Positions 17,728 to 28,160 of a DNA stretch of 64,000 bases are shown piece by piece. The stretch comes from a virus: the IMG/VR virus record IMGVR_UViG_3300031951_000015, positions 96,001-160,000 of that record. The stretch is one strand, 5' to 3'. Position 1 is the stretch's first letter. Every line of letters starts with the position of its first letter. The notes under the pieces were generated by a model. That model had not been told where the DNA came from. It did not search any database and saw only the letters and a program-made list of their open reading frames with translations. A program made the translations under genes and the position numbers.

Positions 17728-19143
17728 TTATCTTAGTTGGTAACCATTGATTGTAAATCCATATTGAGCACCACTACTATCTCCTATTAAACCAGTGTTT
17801 CCTCCATTTGATCCGCTGATAACCATTGTAAACGAAGATATGGTTTTTATCTCTCCAAGATTTGTCTTTCCTTGATAATCTGGAGTGTAAATGTAGGGGA
17901 ATTGAGTCCCAGATACATCGTTGATATAGAAATAACCAGGTTTTGGTGCTGTTGCTGGACCATTACCAGTAATCCAAGAAACTTTCAATGCCTGGGCACA
18001 CATGGGTGTTGCCAAAGCAAATCTCCAAGCAATAGTTGTCCAACCAGATGATATTTCATAATATCCACCAGCTAGATTAGTTGCACTCCCACCCCAAGCA
18101 GTAAATGGACCACCATTTATTGAATACGTTATACTACTACCAGGAATAGGTCCAGTTGCAGTGGTGCATGATAGTGGTGAATCTGTTCCAGTTAGATAAG
18201 CAACAATAACTCTCCCAGATCCCCCACTACCTCCGGAACCGCCACCACCACCGCCACCAGATCCGGTGTTTGCAACTCCGTTACCACCGGTGCCGCCATG
18301 ATTTCCTACGCCACCGCCACCAGATCCACCACTAGAACTTCCTACCCTAGATGCACCTCCGCCGCCGCCAGCAAAAAATTGAGAAGTTGGAGAGAAAAAT
18401 GGAGTTGCGTTTAACCAAGAAATAGGTGTTGTAGGAAGACCTGCGCCACCAACACCAGGTTGATCTGGTTGTCCTTGGATTCCTGCCCCACCAGCACCTC
18501 CTCCTCCACCACCTCCGAACCCGGGACCCCCTGAAGAGGAGGGTCCACCTTGATTTCCCAATCCGAAGATATTAGAATTAGTGGGTAATGCTGGATTGTT
18601 AACTTGATTTAATGGAGATATTGAATTGCCATATGTTCCACCAGGAGAACCACCTTGAGTTGTAAGTGGACTTGGTGTGTAATTTAATCCTCTACCTCCC
18701 CCCTGAGCAACCCAATCAGGTCCAAAAGTTGAATTGCTACCATTTGAACCAGGTGAATTAGATAATGATCCTGAACCTCCAGCACCTCCTCCTCCCACAA
18801 CAACATCATATGATCCTGAGGTTAAAGTTAAAGGTGCAATTATTACACCACCCGCACCGCCACCAGCTTGTCCACCATCACCAGGAGGATTATAAGAACC
18901 GCCACCACCACCTCCAATCAGTAATATATATGCTGCTTTTGGACCTCCAGTGGTTACAAAAGGATTTGGACCAGAACTGGCAAAATCATGATATGTATAA
19001 CTTCCTACCGTTGTTTTTGTTCCACCAGTTGCAGAAAAAGGTCCACCACCGACAGCACCACCAACAGGTGCTACATACCTCTTTCTTCCAAATCCGAAAG
19101 AAAATCCACCCCCACCACCAGTTCTTGATAAAATAGGACTCAT
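17728..19143 (-). CDS. glycine-rich (polyglycine-II) fibre tip/adhesin with extra C-terminal domain
   Basis: ATGG..YHDF..GGGGG repeats..NTGSGGGG..GGSGRVIVAY. Confidence 0.7.
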   Translation of the reverse strand: MSPILSRTGGGGGFSFGFGRKRYVAPVGGAVGGGPFSATGGTKTTVGSYTYHDFASSGPNPFVTTGGPKAAYILLIGGGGGGSYNPPGDGGQAGGGAGGVIIAPLTLTSGSYDVVVGGGGAGGSGSLSNSPGSNGSNSTFGPDWVAQGGGRGLNYTPSPLTTQGGSPGGTYGNSISPLNQVNNPALPTNSNIFGLGNQGGPSSSGGPGFGGGGGGGAGGAGIQGQPDQPGVGGAGLPTTPISWLNATPFFSPTSQFFAGGGGGASRVGSSSGGSGGGGVGNHGGTGGNGVANTGSGGGGGGGSGGSGGSGRVIVAYLTGTDSPLSCTTATGPIPGSSITYSINGGPFTAWGGSATNLAGGYYEISSGWTTIAWRFALATPMCAQALKVSWITGNGPATAPKPGYFYINDVSGTQFPYIYTPDYQGKTNLGEIKTISSFTMVISGSNGGNTGLIGDSSGAQYGFTINGYQLR

Positions 19144-20045
19144 CTGTAACCTCCATTAACTACACCCATCAAGTAATAATTTGCTGTTGTACTTGCAGAA
19201 CCAACAGTATTAATACCAGTGAAACTATAAATATCCATTCCACTTGTAGTTGTTACACCAGAGATTGCATTTGCTAATGAACCACCAGCCCAACGAATGG
19301 TAGCATTAAATCCATTAAGAGTAACAGCAGTACAAGATCTTGCCGTGCCTGTCTGATTTACAAATACATTGAAAGTGATTGTATGACTATCAAAATCACT
19401 TGAAGTTGGAATGCCAACAACTGCGAGTGTAATATCTCCTGTTGGATTAGTTGTTAATCCAATGTTTGATGATGCTCCGTTGTAAGTTAAAGTAACTGTA
19501 TTTCCATTTGTAATTATATGCTTTTCTGCAACACTGATAAATCTAGTTTCAGTAGTTGCCCAAGCAACATTAGTTTCAAATCCTTTTTTAGTATTATTAT
19601 AAGTTAGTGTTTTATTTGTTGTACCATAAATCTGAATACCATCACCATCTGCTTGTGCATCAGTTGTATTTCCAGAACCAATGCCAACTAATGGATCTGT
19701 GATTTCTAAATTGGTTGTATTGATTATAGTTTGAGTACCATTTACAGTCAAATTTGTAAATGTTGCTGCCGATCCTGTGATATTTCCTACTGTAATATTT
19801 GGAGATCCAGAAAGTCCGGTAGCGTTGCCAGTTACATTACCTGTGAGGTTTCCAGTTACATTACCTGTGACATTACCAGATACATTGCCTGCGAGAGTTC
19901 CAGTTACATTACCAGTTACATCGCCAGTGAAACTAGTAGCAGTTACAACACCAGTGACACTAAACCCATCGGCAATACCATTTGGAAATCTAGGTCCACC
20001 AGTTCCTAATCTATCAACAAGTTTATCAGCTCTAATCCTGGACAT
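19140..20045 (-). CDS. tail fibre adapter protein
   Basis: MSRIRAD N-terminus, GNVT repeats, C-terminal ..NGGYR domain. Confidence 0.7.
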   Translation of the reverse strand: MSRIRADKLVDRLGTGGPRFPNGIADGFSVTGVVTATSFTGDVTGNVTGTLAGNVSGNVTGNVTGNLTGNVTGNATGLSGSPNITVGNITGSAATFTNLTVNGTQTIINTTNLEITDPLVGIGSGNTTDAQADGDGIQIYGTTNKTLTYNNTKKGFETNVAWATTETRFISVAEKHIITNGNTVTLTYNGASSNIGLTTNPTGDITLAVVGIPTSSDFDSHTITFNVFVNQTGTARSCTAVTLNGFNATIRWAGGSLANAISGVTTTSGMDIYSFTGINTVGSASTTANYYLMGVVNGGYR

Positions 20046-20147
20046 TAAACTATCCTTCTACCAGTATTATCTGTATTTATTATACAATGAAGTTAGTTGT
20101 ATGAGTTTATATCATAAACACTCTTGTTTAGAATGTTATATTAGATT

Positions 20148-21056
20148 TTATATAGTATATCTAATAATTACAATACCCGGACCTCCTGCGCCACCGACAC
20201 CAGGAGGGTTCCAAGAATGTCCTCCTCCACCACCTCCAGTGTTTGGAGTTCCTGGACTTGCATCTCCAGGATCACCAAATCCATTACCACCACCCCCAGA
20301 TCCACCCAGAGCAGCATCCGAATTATCTCCTGCGCCTCCACCACCACCAGCTCTTGTTATTGATGTTCCAGTAATACTTGATGTAACGCCATTTCCACCA
20401 CGTCCACAAGTAGTTGGACCTGATGCATCAAAACCGGCCGTACCGGCACCACCTCCTCCACCAGCAGCTCTACCACTAGCAGATCCACCACGATATCCTT
20501 GATTTGAAGTTCCGGAACCATAATTAGATCCGGCGTCTCCACCAGCACCCCCACCAGATCCACCATTAAATCCTGAAACACCTGGATAAGCACCTCCACC
20601 ACCTCCACCTGGTGAAGTGATAGTTGTAATATTAGGTCCCGAAATAGAAGAGGAATTCCCATTGCCGCCTCGTGTGGATTTATCTGTCGCTTTTATTCCC
20701 CCAGTTCCAACAGTAATGGTGTATGTAACACCAGCGGTAAATGTTGTTGTTGGTTCAGCAGACGCTCCACCACCAGAATTTTCACCCTGAACTGAAGATC
20801 TATAACCACCGGCACCGCCGCCGCCTCCCATACCACCACCACCAGCACCACCGCCACCAACAATAATCCACTCTGCACTAACGGTATTAGATACTTGGAA
20901 ATTATAATATGGTGCTGGTTGACCTACAACAAAGCTATGTATTTTCCAACTACCGAATGTAGTAATATCACCACCAGAGGCGGAAAAAATACCACCACCA
21001 GAGGGTGCATCAACTCTACCAAACCCAAATGCTCTTCCAGTAAAAATCGGTGCCAT
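20148..21056 (-). CDS. glycine-rich fibre tip/adhesin
   Basis: MAPIF.., Gly blocks, GGPGIVIIRY. Confidence 0.7.
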   Translation of the reverse strand: MAPIFTGRAFGFGRVDAPSGGGIFSASGGDITTFGSWKIHSFVVGQPAPYYNFQVSNTVSAEWIIVGGGGAGGGGMGGGGGAGGYRSSVQGENSGGGASAEPTTTFTAGVTYTITVGTGGIKATDKSTRGGNGNSSSISGPNITTITSPGGGGGGAYPGVSGFNGGSGGGAGGDAGSNYGSGTSNQGYRGGSASGRAAGGGGGAGTAGFDASGPTTCGRGGNGVTSSITGTSITRAGGGGGAGDNSDAALGGSGGGGNGFGDPGDASPGTPNTGGGGGGHSWNPPGVGGAGGPGIVIIRYTI

Positions 21057-21060
21057 ACTA

Positions 21061-21966
21061 TCAGACTCCTACGTTACCTTGTCTAAATCCCCCGTTCTTT
21101 GTTGCATAAACCTGGTAACTTGTTGCAGTTGTATTCGTACCTCCAGTATAATGCACAAAGAACGAAACAAAATCTCTATCATTTGGAGTTGAAGATAGAG
21201 TTACAGTTGTTCCAGAACCAACTAATGCTCTGGTTGAGATACCAGCAACTGTTGCTCCATTTTCATAACCAATCACAGTGCAGTTAATTCCAATACCAGT
21301 TGTTGCTGTTGTATTTCCAGTTCCTACTGGTGTTGATGACATCTGCGTAAAGATGCAAGTAATGGTTGTTCCATTTGCATTGCCAGTGAAGGCAGGCATA
21401 TTCTTGAAAGAAACAATACCAATATTTGCACCAGTTGGAATAGTGTAAGTATATGTCGTTGCGTTTCTTACATCTAATTCAAGAACAAGATTGTTTCCAC
21501 TATTATAAGTCGTCGCAGCAGCAACAGTTTCTAGAACACCCTTGAACTTATTAGGATCAGAATAAACAAAAGAACTACTACCTCTTTCCCAAGTTAAAGT
21601 CTTATCTCCTCCTGCTCCACCAAAAATTGTTAGTCCACCACCATCTGCCGTTGTATTTGATGCAGAGGTTGTAGTTCCGATACCAATGTTCTTATCTTCT
21701 ACTACCAGATTTACGGTATCAATAGTAGTAGTGGTTCCTTGAACTGTTAAGTCACCAGTTATCGTTGCGTTTCCAACAGTGATATTCGGAGTTCCAGTTA
21801 AACCCTGTGCATTGGTTGCAACTGATACAGTTCCTGTTACATTGCCAGTTAAATTTCCATCAAAACTAGTAGCAGTAATAACACCAGTAACGGTAGCACC
21901 ATTAGGGAAATTAGGTGCGCCGCTACCCTCCCTATTACGAATACTATCAGCTCTAAGTATAGACAT
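21061..21966 (-). CDS. tail fibre adapter protein
   Basis: MSILRAD.., VEDKNIGIG, ..NGGFR. Confidence 0.7.
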   Translation of the reverse strand: MSILRADSIRNREGSGAPNFPNGATVTGVITATSFDGNLTGNVTGTVSVATNAQGLTGTPNITVGNATITGDLTVQGTTTTIDTVNLVVEDKNIGIGTTTSASNTTADGGGLTIFGGAGGDKTLTWERGSSSFVYSDPNKFKGVLETVAAATTYNSGNNLVLELDVRNATTYTYTIPTGANIGIVSFKNMPAFTGNANGTTITCIFTQMSSTPVGTGNTTATTGIGINCTVIGYENGATVAGISTRALVGSGTTVTLSSTPNDRDFVSFFVHYTGGTNTTATSYQVYATKNGGFRQGNVGV

Positions 21967-21997
21967 TAACTTATTCCGAGACCAATTTTACTTGTAT

Positions 21998-22630
21998 TTA
22001 TATCTGAAAGGCGTTGATAACCAATTCACAATTAGGTCCAAGTATCAGACTCTTTGTATCCGCAACAACAACAGATTTTCTTGCAACCGTAACTGTTGAA
22101 GATGTTGAACCTGCAAGTGTCTTATCTTCGGTTACGTCAAGAACATTTTGTATTTCAATAAATCCAGTGTCAAAAGTTCCATCACCAATTGTCAATCCAT
22201 TCGGAAAGTTTGGAGCACCAGTTCCTACCTTGTTTGTAAAGTTATCTGCACGAACTCTTCCACCAGTTCCTGAAAGAAGACTAATACCGCTAGTACTAAT
22301 ACCAAGAACATCTGGAATAAATTCATCACCATCAGAAACTATGAAGTCCGCACCTTCTTCAACTGCAAGATCAACATATTGAGTATATGCAACATTTGAA
22401 GAATCTGGAACAGTGACAGTTGATGTTTGCCCGATGCTTAAAACTTCGTTTGTATAATAAATTTTACTCAGAGGACTTGCCTGATCTTGACTTATAGCAG
22501 TTCCTAAACCAGCAGATGTTATACCATCAAGATTTGATCCATCACCATAAAATGCGGTAGCAGTAATGATACCAACAATCAGTTGATTACCATCACCAAT
22601 ACCAGGTCCAAGTACTTTTGTGAATGACAT
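21998..22630 (-). CDS. fibre connector protein
   Basis: GIITATAFYGDGSNL; internal GRVRADNF..GAPNFPNG. Confidence 0.6.
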   Translation of the reverse strand: MSFTKVLGPGIGDGNQLIVGIITATAFYGDGSNLDGITSAGLGTAISQDQASPLSKIYYTNEVLSIGQTSTVTVPDSSNVAYTQYVDLAVEEGADFIVSDGDEFIPDVLGISTSGISLLSGTGGRVRADNFTNKVGTGAPNFPNGLTIGDGTFDTGFIEIQNVLDVTEDKTLAGSTSSTVTVARKSVVVADTKSLILGPNCELVINAFQI

Positions 22631-22661
22631 TGGAAGTTTTTAGGTATTTATATTGTTATTA

Positions 22662-23459
22662 CTACCTAATTAACAAATCAAATTCTAAACATCTATGGCA
22701 TATTTGATCTGAAACATTTACTTTATATTTCCTTTTTCGAATACCCTTTGTGTCAATTTTGTGAAGATTATTACCAAGAAAATTATCAGAGTATTCAACT
22801 CCATTAATATTTAACTGTTTTATTTTTTTATAGTTATGACTGTAATGAGGGATATTTAAAAAATCATATATTCTTTCCACTTCTTTTTGAGGATTGTTCA
22901 CAAAATCATCATAGCCAATCAGTATATGAATATTATTTTGTGGATCTATTTTGTTAAGTGTATTGATGGATAATATCTGCTGAACCAACTGCCCATGAGG
23001 ATTAAAAATAAATTCAAATTTTTGTTCCACAGTTCCATTATTAGTATTTCTATTAATAAAGTTATTTGGATTTTTATCAGACCAGTCTACCCAAGATTTA
23101 AAAATATCAAGAGTATTTCTAACAAGACAAACTATTTTTATTTCATTTGGGCAATATTTTTGAAGTAAAGAAAAATTAGCAGGAGTTCCCCAAGCAGATC
23201 TATCAATAACATAATCAACATTCCATTTAGAATAATATGAAGATATTATACTTTCCATCACAGAATCATAAGATTTTTCATCTGGAAAATTTTTATACGC
23301 TACATCAGTATCTTTCCAACTATCAAGTTTAAAAAGAATTTCTGATACTAAACTATTTCCAGATACACCTATTTTTTTATTTTGATTTAAAATACATGAC
23401 AAAATAGTGTTTCCTGCTCTCGGCATACCCGAAAGAAAATAATACTTTTTACAACTCAT
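22662..23459 (-). CDS. sulfotransferase
   Basis: SGMPRAGNT (5'-PSB loop), LVRN..S, IYDFL. Confidence 0.8.
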   Translation of the reverse strand: MSCKKYYFLSGMPRAGNTILSCILNQNKKIGVSGNSLVSEILFKLDSWKDTDVAYKNFPDEKSYDSVMESIISSYYSKWNVDYVIDRSAWGTPANFSLLQKYCPNEIKIVCLVRNTLDIFKSWVDWSDKNPNNFINRNTNNGTVEQKFEFIFNPHGQLVQQILSINTLNKIDPQNNIHILIGYDDFVNNPQKEVERIYDFLNIPHYSHNYKKIKQLNINGVEYSDNFLGNNLHKIDTKGIRKRKYKVNVSDQICHRCLEFDLLIR

Positions 23460-23491
23460 TGAAAATAGAATTTTATAATATTATATCACAC

Positions 23492-24508
23492 TTATGAAGG
23501 ATATCTGACGATGACTATTCCTGCTCCACCATTTCCACCACCTGCGGGACCATTTGGATGTCTTCCAGCGCCACCACCACCAGTTCCATAAACTCCTGGA
23601 TTTCCACTAGCTGAACCACCACCACCTAATCCACCAGCCCCTGTTCTATTTGTACCTGTGCTACTATATACACCTCCTCCTCCACCACCACCATAGTAAC
23701 CTGATGCGCCTACGGCAGGAATAAAAGCAGGTTGTTCAGGAGCAGGTATTGCCGGTCCAATGATAGGTCCAGGAAAATCTCCAAATGCAACTCCAATACC
23801 ACCATCACCACCACCAGGATCATTTCCAGGAGTAGAAACACCAGCTGCACCTGCGCCTCCACCGCCAGAAGTGCCATACCCACCAGTTGGAACAGAAAAT
23901 CCACCAGGATTTCCATAGTCAGTTAATGCTGGATTAGTTCCTGGTTGTGTTGCCTGACCAGATGCAGGCGCTGGATCTCCTCCAGATGATCCACCACCAG
24001 ATCCTCCTGGTTGTCCAAAATTATGACCGGGTCCAGCATCGTAATAATTGGATCCAGCTCCACCACCACCTTTTGCCAGTACATAGTTTGGTTGACCAAA
24101 TATTGGAACTCCGGGAGTTCCAAAGTAACTATTTCCACCAGGACTTCCCTGAGGAACTTGTGGAGCAACTGCGACAGGACCATAACCCTTTGTGCCTGGT
24201 GCGCCAACTTGAACTGGATATATTCCAGCAGCTAAAGTTTTGGATGCACCATAAACAACACCGCCAGCTCCACCGCCAGCACCATAATAGTTACCACCTC
24301 CTCCACCACCAGCAACAACTAAAATATTGACAACCTTAGGAGATGGTAATGAAAAACTAGTAGAATTTGGATAAGTAAAAACATGATAAGTATACCCATT
24401 TCCTGGAGTTAATATTGTACCTCCAGTTGCCGAACCACCACTAGAAACAGCAGAAGAACTAAAACTCATTCCGAGTTTGTCAGCAATTCTAGAAAGTAAA
24501 GGTGCCAT
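23492..24508 (-). CDS. glycine-rich fibre tip/adhesin
   Basis: MAPLL.., YHVFT, VVAGGGGGG, GIVIVRY. Confidence 0.7.
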   Translation of the reverse strand: MAPLLSRIADKLGMSFSSSAVSSGGSATGGTILTPGNGYTYHVFTYPNSTSFSLPSPKVVNILVVAGGGGGGNYYGAGGGAGGVVYGASKTLAAGIYPVQVGAPGTKGYGPVAVAPQVPQGSPGGNSYFGTPGVPIFGQPNYVLAKGGGGAGSNYYDAGPGHNFGQPGGSGGGSSGGDPAPASGQATQPGTNPALTDYGNPGGFSVPTGGYGTSGGGGAGAAGVSTPGNDPGGGDGGIGVAFGDFPGPIIGPAIPAPEQPAFIPAVGASGYYGGGGGGGVYSSTGTNRTGAGGLGGGGSASGNPGVYGTGGGGAGRHPNGPAGGGNGGAGIVIVRYPS

Positions 24509-24509
24509 A

Positions 24510-25295
24510 TCAATAGAATCTATAATTTCCGTTTGCGCTTCCCGTGACAGTATAACTTGTTATAGCACCATCACCGACAGTATCTATACCAACAAAGTTA
24601 TAATAATCAATACAAGAAGTATTACCTGCGGATACAGTTCCAGATGCCCAACGAATTGTTCTTTGAGTTCCGTTGAAGAAAATACTGGAGCAAGCATATC
24701 CAGTTGAACCCTGATTTATAATTACCGTTAAACTAATTACTTTATTACTAAAATTAGTTGTGGGAATATTATTTACATGCAAGGAAATTGGACCAGATGG
24801 TGATCTTACAATTCCAATGTTTCCTTCTCCCGCACTAAAATCAATTGTTACTGATGTTGCAGTTCCTACTTTAATCTCCTCTGCAACTGATTTAAATCTT
24901 GTCTCATCAGGAATTAGAGTTGTTAGGGTAGTGACTCCGGAATTAACCACAATACCACCAGCAGTAACTCTAACACCAGTCCTTGCTGTGACTAACCCAA
25001 CCGAGTCAATATTAGTTACGTCTTCATAAGTTAAAGTTCCACCTACCGAAACATTACCACTGAAAGTTGCAGTGGTTCCAGTTACATTTCCAACAGTAAT
25101 ATTGGGAGTTCCTGATAGTCCAGTAGCACTACCAGTTAGATTTCCACTAAAAGTCGTGGCGGTTACAATGCCAGTGAGGTTAATACTACCAGCACCAGAG
25201 ATCGTACCAGTGGAAGGAACTGTTGCACCATAGGTTAGTTCAGGTGCGCCAGTTGCATTTTTATTTACTAGTTGATCCGATCTAAGCCTAGACAT
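24510..25295 (-). CDS. tail fibre adapter protein
   Basis: MSRLRSD.., LTYEDVTNIDSVG, ..NGNYR. Confidence 0.7.
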   Translation of the reverse strand: MSRLRSDQLVNKNATGAPELTYGATVPSTGTISGAGSINLTGIVTATTFSGNLTGSATGLSGTPNITVGNVTGTTATFSGNVSVGGTLTYEDVTNIDSVGLVTARTGVRVTAGGIVVNSGVTTLTTLIPDETRFKSVAEEIKVGTATSVTIDFSAGEGNIGIVRSPSGPISLHVNNIPTTNFSNKVISLTVIINQGSTGYACSSIFFNGTQRTIRWASGTVSAGNTSCIDYYNFVGIDTVGDGAITSYTVTGSANGNYRFY

Positions 25296-25325
25296 TAAAT
25301 TATCCTAGTACCAATTTAACTGTAT

Positions 25326-26861
25326 TTATATGTTCAATTCATATACATCAATTATAAAATCATCACTATCAAGAATTAAGTCATATGGAGATTCAATTTT
25401 AACTTCTTGATATTTCACAAAAGTAACGTTATGTCCTACCTTTGGGGCAACAGTTGAAGTAGCACCTACACTTATCACTGTTGGCATACTGATGACTTCA
25501 CCCAAGAATGATCCACTACCAGTAGCAAGAGTCTCTTCACCACCTCCAATCTGTCCAGTTAATGAAGTATTGATTATCAAGTTATCAATTGTTGAATCCA
25601 GAATTGTATTCTGAACGACAGAACTATTGATGACAACATCTACAATATCACCAGCAATCGCAGGTTCTGCAAGAGTAATTGTTGTGCTATTAGTTTCAGT
25701 AAAGTCCGTTGCAGATAAACGAACACCGTTCAGATATACATCAACATATCCAGTATTATAAGAATTAGTTAAACTGAATACTGTTCTTGATGAACTAACA
25801 TTAAAGGTTTCTTTGTAAATGACACCAGATGCACCTCCACCAGAACCAGAGATAGTAACTTCAACAGTATTTCCAACCTGACGAATACTATTTCCAGATC
25901 CAACAAAGTTAATGGTTCTTACCGTACCAATCCCAAGGCCACCAGATTGAATTGCAACAACTGGATCACTCTCAATAATTGTAACTGGTCCAACTCTTCC
26001 ATAGAAAGAAGTTACATCACTATTGACTGGACTTGAAAATCCAATGTGACGAACTTGAATTTGAGTTCCTGCTGGTGGAGCACCAGTAAATGCAAGTACG
26101 GTATCATAAACAGAATAAGCACGAGTTCCATTATTATCTGATGCGTGCTGAACAACACCATCAATTGTGACTACAACACTTGCACTATTGGGAACTGACT
26201 GTGAAAGTGTAAAGTCAGTTGTGACTCCATCACCAGAGAAATTATCAAGTTTATTATCACTAATATCAAAGGTTGCCAGTGATTCGGCAATCACATATCC
26301 CCAAAAGATTTCTGATGATGTCGGTGCAGTCGCAAACTTAATATTACCACCAGCATCAATTGCAAATCCAGAACTTAAAGATAATAATTTATTTGGTTGC
26401 TGAATAACACCATTAATGGAGATTTGAAGTTGTGCGGCATCAGTGATTCTACAATGAGTTCCATTGTCTCTTGTAGGACGGAATGATGTATTGACTCCAT
26501 CAAAAGCAACATTCAGTGTATGTGCAGAACCAGTACCGACTAATGTTAGATTTCTTACAATATTATTCGTGGCATTTGATGCAGAGTCTGCCAGACTAAT
26601 GTTGTCTCGATCATACTTAATAATATAATAAGCGTTTCCACTTGTTAATCCACCAATACTAGTGCCACCACCATTGGTATATGTAACTCTTTGCCCAGTT
26701 ACAAAACGGTGTTCTAGAATTTTTATCGTATTATTTCCAACCGATACAATGCTAGAAGATGATCCATCAATCGTTGCGGTATATGATGAGATATCATCGA
26801 GTATTTTAAAGTTACTTGCAGTATCACCAGTGACGTGGTAATTTCCGATGTATGGGGACAT
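25326..26861 (-). CDS. virion structural / fibre base protein
   Basis: MSPYIG, FDG..F, INGVIQQP, GDG.TTDFTL, VDVYLNGVRL repeats. Confidence 0.65.
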   Translation of the reverse strand: MSPYIGNYHVTGDTASNFKILDDISSYTATIDGSSSSIVSVGNNTIKILEHRFVTGQRVTYTNGGGTSIGGLTSGNAYYIIKYDRDNISLADSASNATNNIVRNLTLVGTGSAHTLNVAFDGVNTSFRPTRDNGTHCRITDAAQLQISINGVIQQPNKLLSLSSGFAIDAGGNIKFATAPTSSEIFWGYVIAESLATFDISDNKLDNFSGDGVTTDFTLSQSVPNSASVVVTIDGVVQHASDNNGTRAYSVYDTVLAFTGAPPAGTQIQVRHIGFSSPVNSDVTSFYGRVGPVTIIESDPVVAIQSGGLGIGTVRTINFVGSGNSIRQVGNTVEVTISGSGGGASGVIYKETFNVSSSRTVFSLTNSYNTGYVDVYLNGVRLSATDFTETNSTTITLAEPAIAGDIVDVVINSSVVQNTILDSTIDNLIINTSLTGQIGGGEETLATGSGSFLGEVISMPTVISVGATSTVAPKVGHNVTFVKYQEVKIESPYDLILDSDDFIIDVYELNI

Positions 26862-26887
26862 CTAATTTTGAGGTGCTTTCCTTGTTA

Positions 26888-27514
26888 TTATTTATTGGTT
26901 TGTTTAGACCATCTTTTATTGGCAGCATCACTTAATTTTTTTCTTGTTTCCTCTGTAATATTGCAAATACGTCCCAATACAAGTCCTTCAGATAGTTTTT
27001 CTTGAACTTTTATTCTCATTATTCTATGATTCTTTTTTGTTTTTGGGTCATACATCCAAACTAAATCCAGTTTTTTAAGTGTTTGTTTTCTTTTTATTGA
27101 ACTTTCTTCTGTAAAAACTTGAAGTGCTCTTGCTCTTCTAATCTTCTCTCTTGCACTTTCATTTAGAAAAAATTTACCTTTTTTAACTTTACTCATTTTT
27201 TCTTTTGTTTCTTGAGATGTAACTGCACCCTCTCTCGTAAATTTAGTCGAAGTTTGTTTTGCCCTATTAGCAAAATGTGAGTTAAGAGCAATATCATAAA
27301 AATTATGCAACTTTATTTCTGCACGAATTGCATCCTTTCTTGTTTTAAACGTTTCGATAATTACTTTTTGAGTGGGATTAAATGTTTTATCGTGAAATGA
27401 TCCAAAATAGTTTATATCTTGTTCCGGTAAGCAATTGCAACTTCTACACCCAATATACCCCCTACCCCACTCTTCATAAGAATAATAGGTATAATGATAC
27501 TTCTTATTAGACAT
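26888..27514 (-). mobile_element. free-standing GIY-YIG-like homing endonuclease with NUMOD3 repeats
   Basis: YTY..GYIG.R..YFGS..AE..N; SQETKEKMS and TEETRKKLS. Confidence 0.75.
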
Positions 27515-27549
27515 TTCTTTACCATTAGGACCGCATATGTATTTATATT

Positions 27550-27600
27550 AAAAAGGAGGGACTTACACCCTCCTCCTGATAAGATTGCGGTCCATCAGGT
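27550..27600 (-). ncRNA. putative small antisense RNA 1
   Basis: Own TAAATA promoter, CCTGAT/ATCAGG hairpin and terminator; loop complementary to the downstream 5' UTR. Confidence 0.5.
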
Positions 27601-27615
27601 ATTAATATTTATCAT

Positions 27616-27640
27616 AAAAAAAGAGGGGTAGAACCCCTCA
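27616..27640 (-). terminator. rho-independent terminator
   Basis: GAGGGG-TTCTA-CCCCTC followed by TTTTTTT. Confidence 0.8.
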
Positions 27641-27645
27641 GTTTA

Positions 27646-28056
27646 TCATTCACCTGCTGGTGGTTCGGGAGTAAAGAGATCCCAAGCACCTGCTTCTTCA
27701 TCCCAACGATAAAATGAACGTGCTTCAATCTCCGCCTCGGTGAGTGCAGGAGCAGGTCCTACTGGTGATTCCCAATCAGCAGTTTCTTCATTCAGAATCC
27801 ACGAAGCAAATGGTTGTGGTGGAATGAAAGCATCAAGAGTTTCATTGTAAGAGTAACCAATACCTGCATAGCGAACTCTCATATTGTTATTGTATGAGGT
27901 TTGCTTCCAGTTGGTATCAGCACCTAGGAGTTTCTTACAAAATGCAACTCCGATTTCTTCTACTTCTACTCCATTAGAATCAGAAGTATCTTCGTTACTC
28001 ACAACAATGACTTGAGTAACAACGTTGTTTTCATCTAGTTGTGCAAAATGTGCCAT
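27646..28056 (-). CDS. conserved fibre-associated hypothetical protein
   Basis: MAHFAQL..WKQTSYN..YAGIG..FIPPQPFASW. Confidence 0.7.
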   Translation of the reverse strand: MAHFAQLDENNVVTQVIVVSNEDTSDSNGVEVEEIGVAFCKKLLGADTNWKQTSYNNNMRVRYAGIGYSYNETLDAFIPPQPFASWILNEETADWESPVGPAPALTEAEIEARSFYRWDEEAGAWDLFTPEPPAGE

Positions 28057-28160
28057 CGTTTTCTTATATGAATGATTATGACTGTGAAAGTATTTATTAT
28101 ACTATAAGTTTAGTATCCTGAAAAGTCAGATATGAATATTTATTGGAGTTGTTAAGCATT

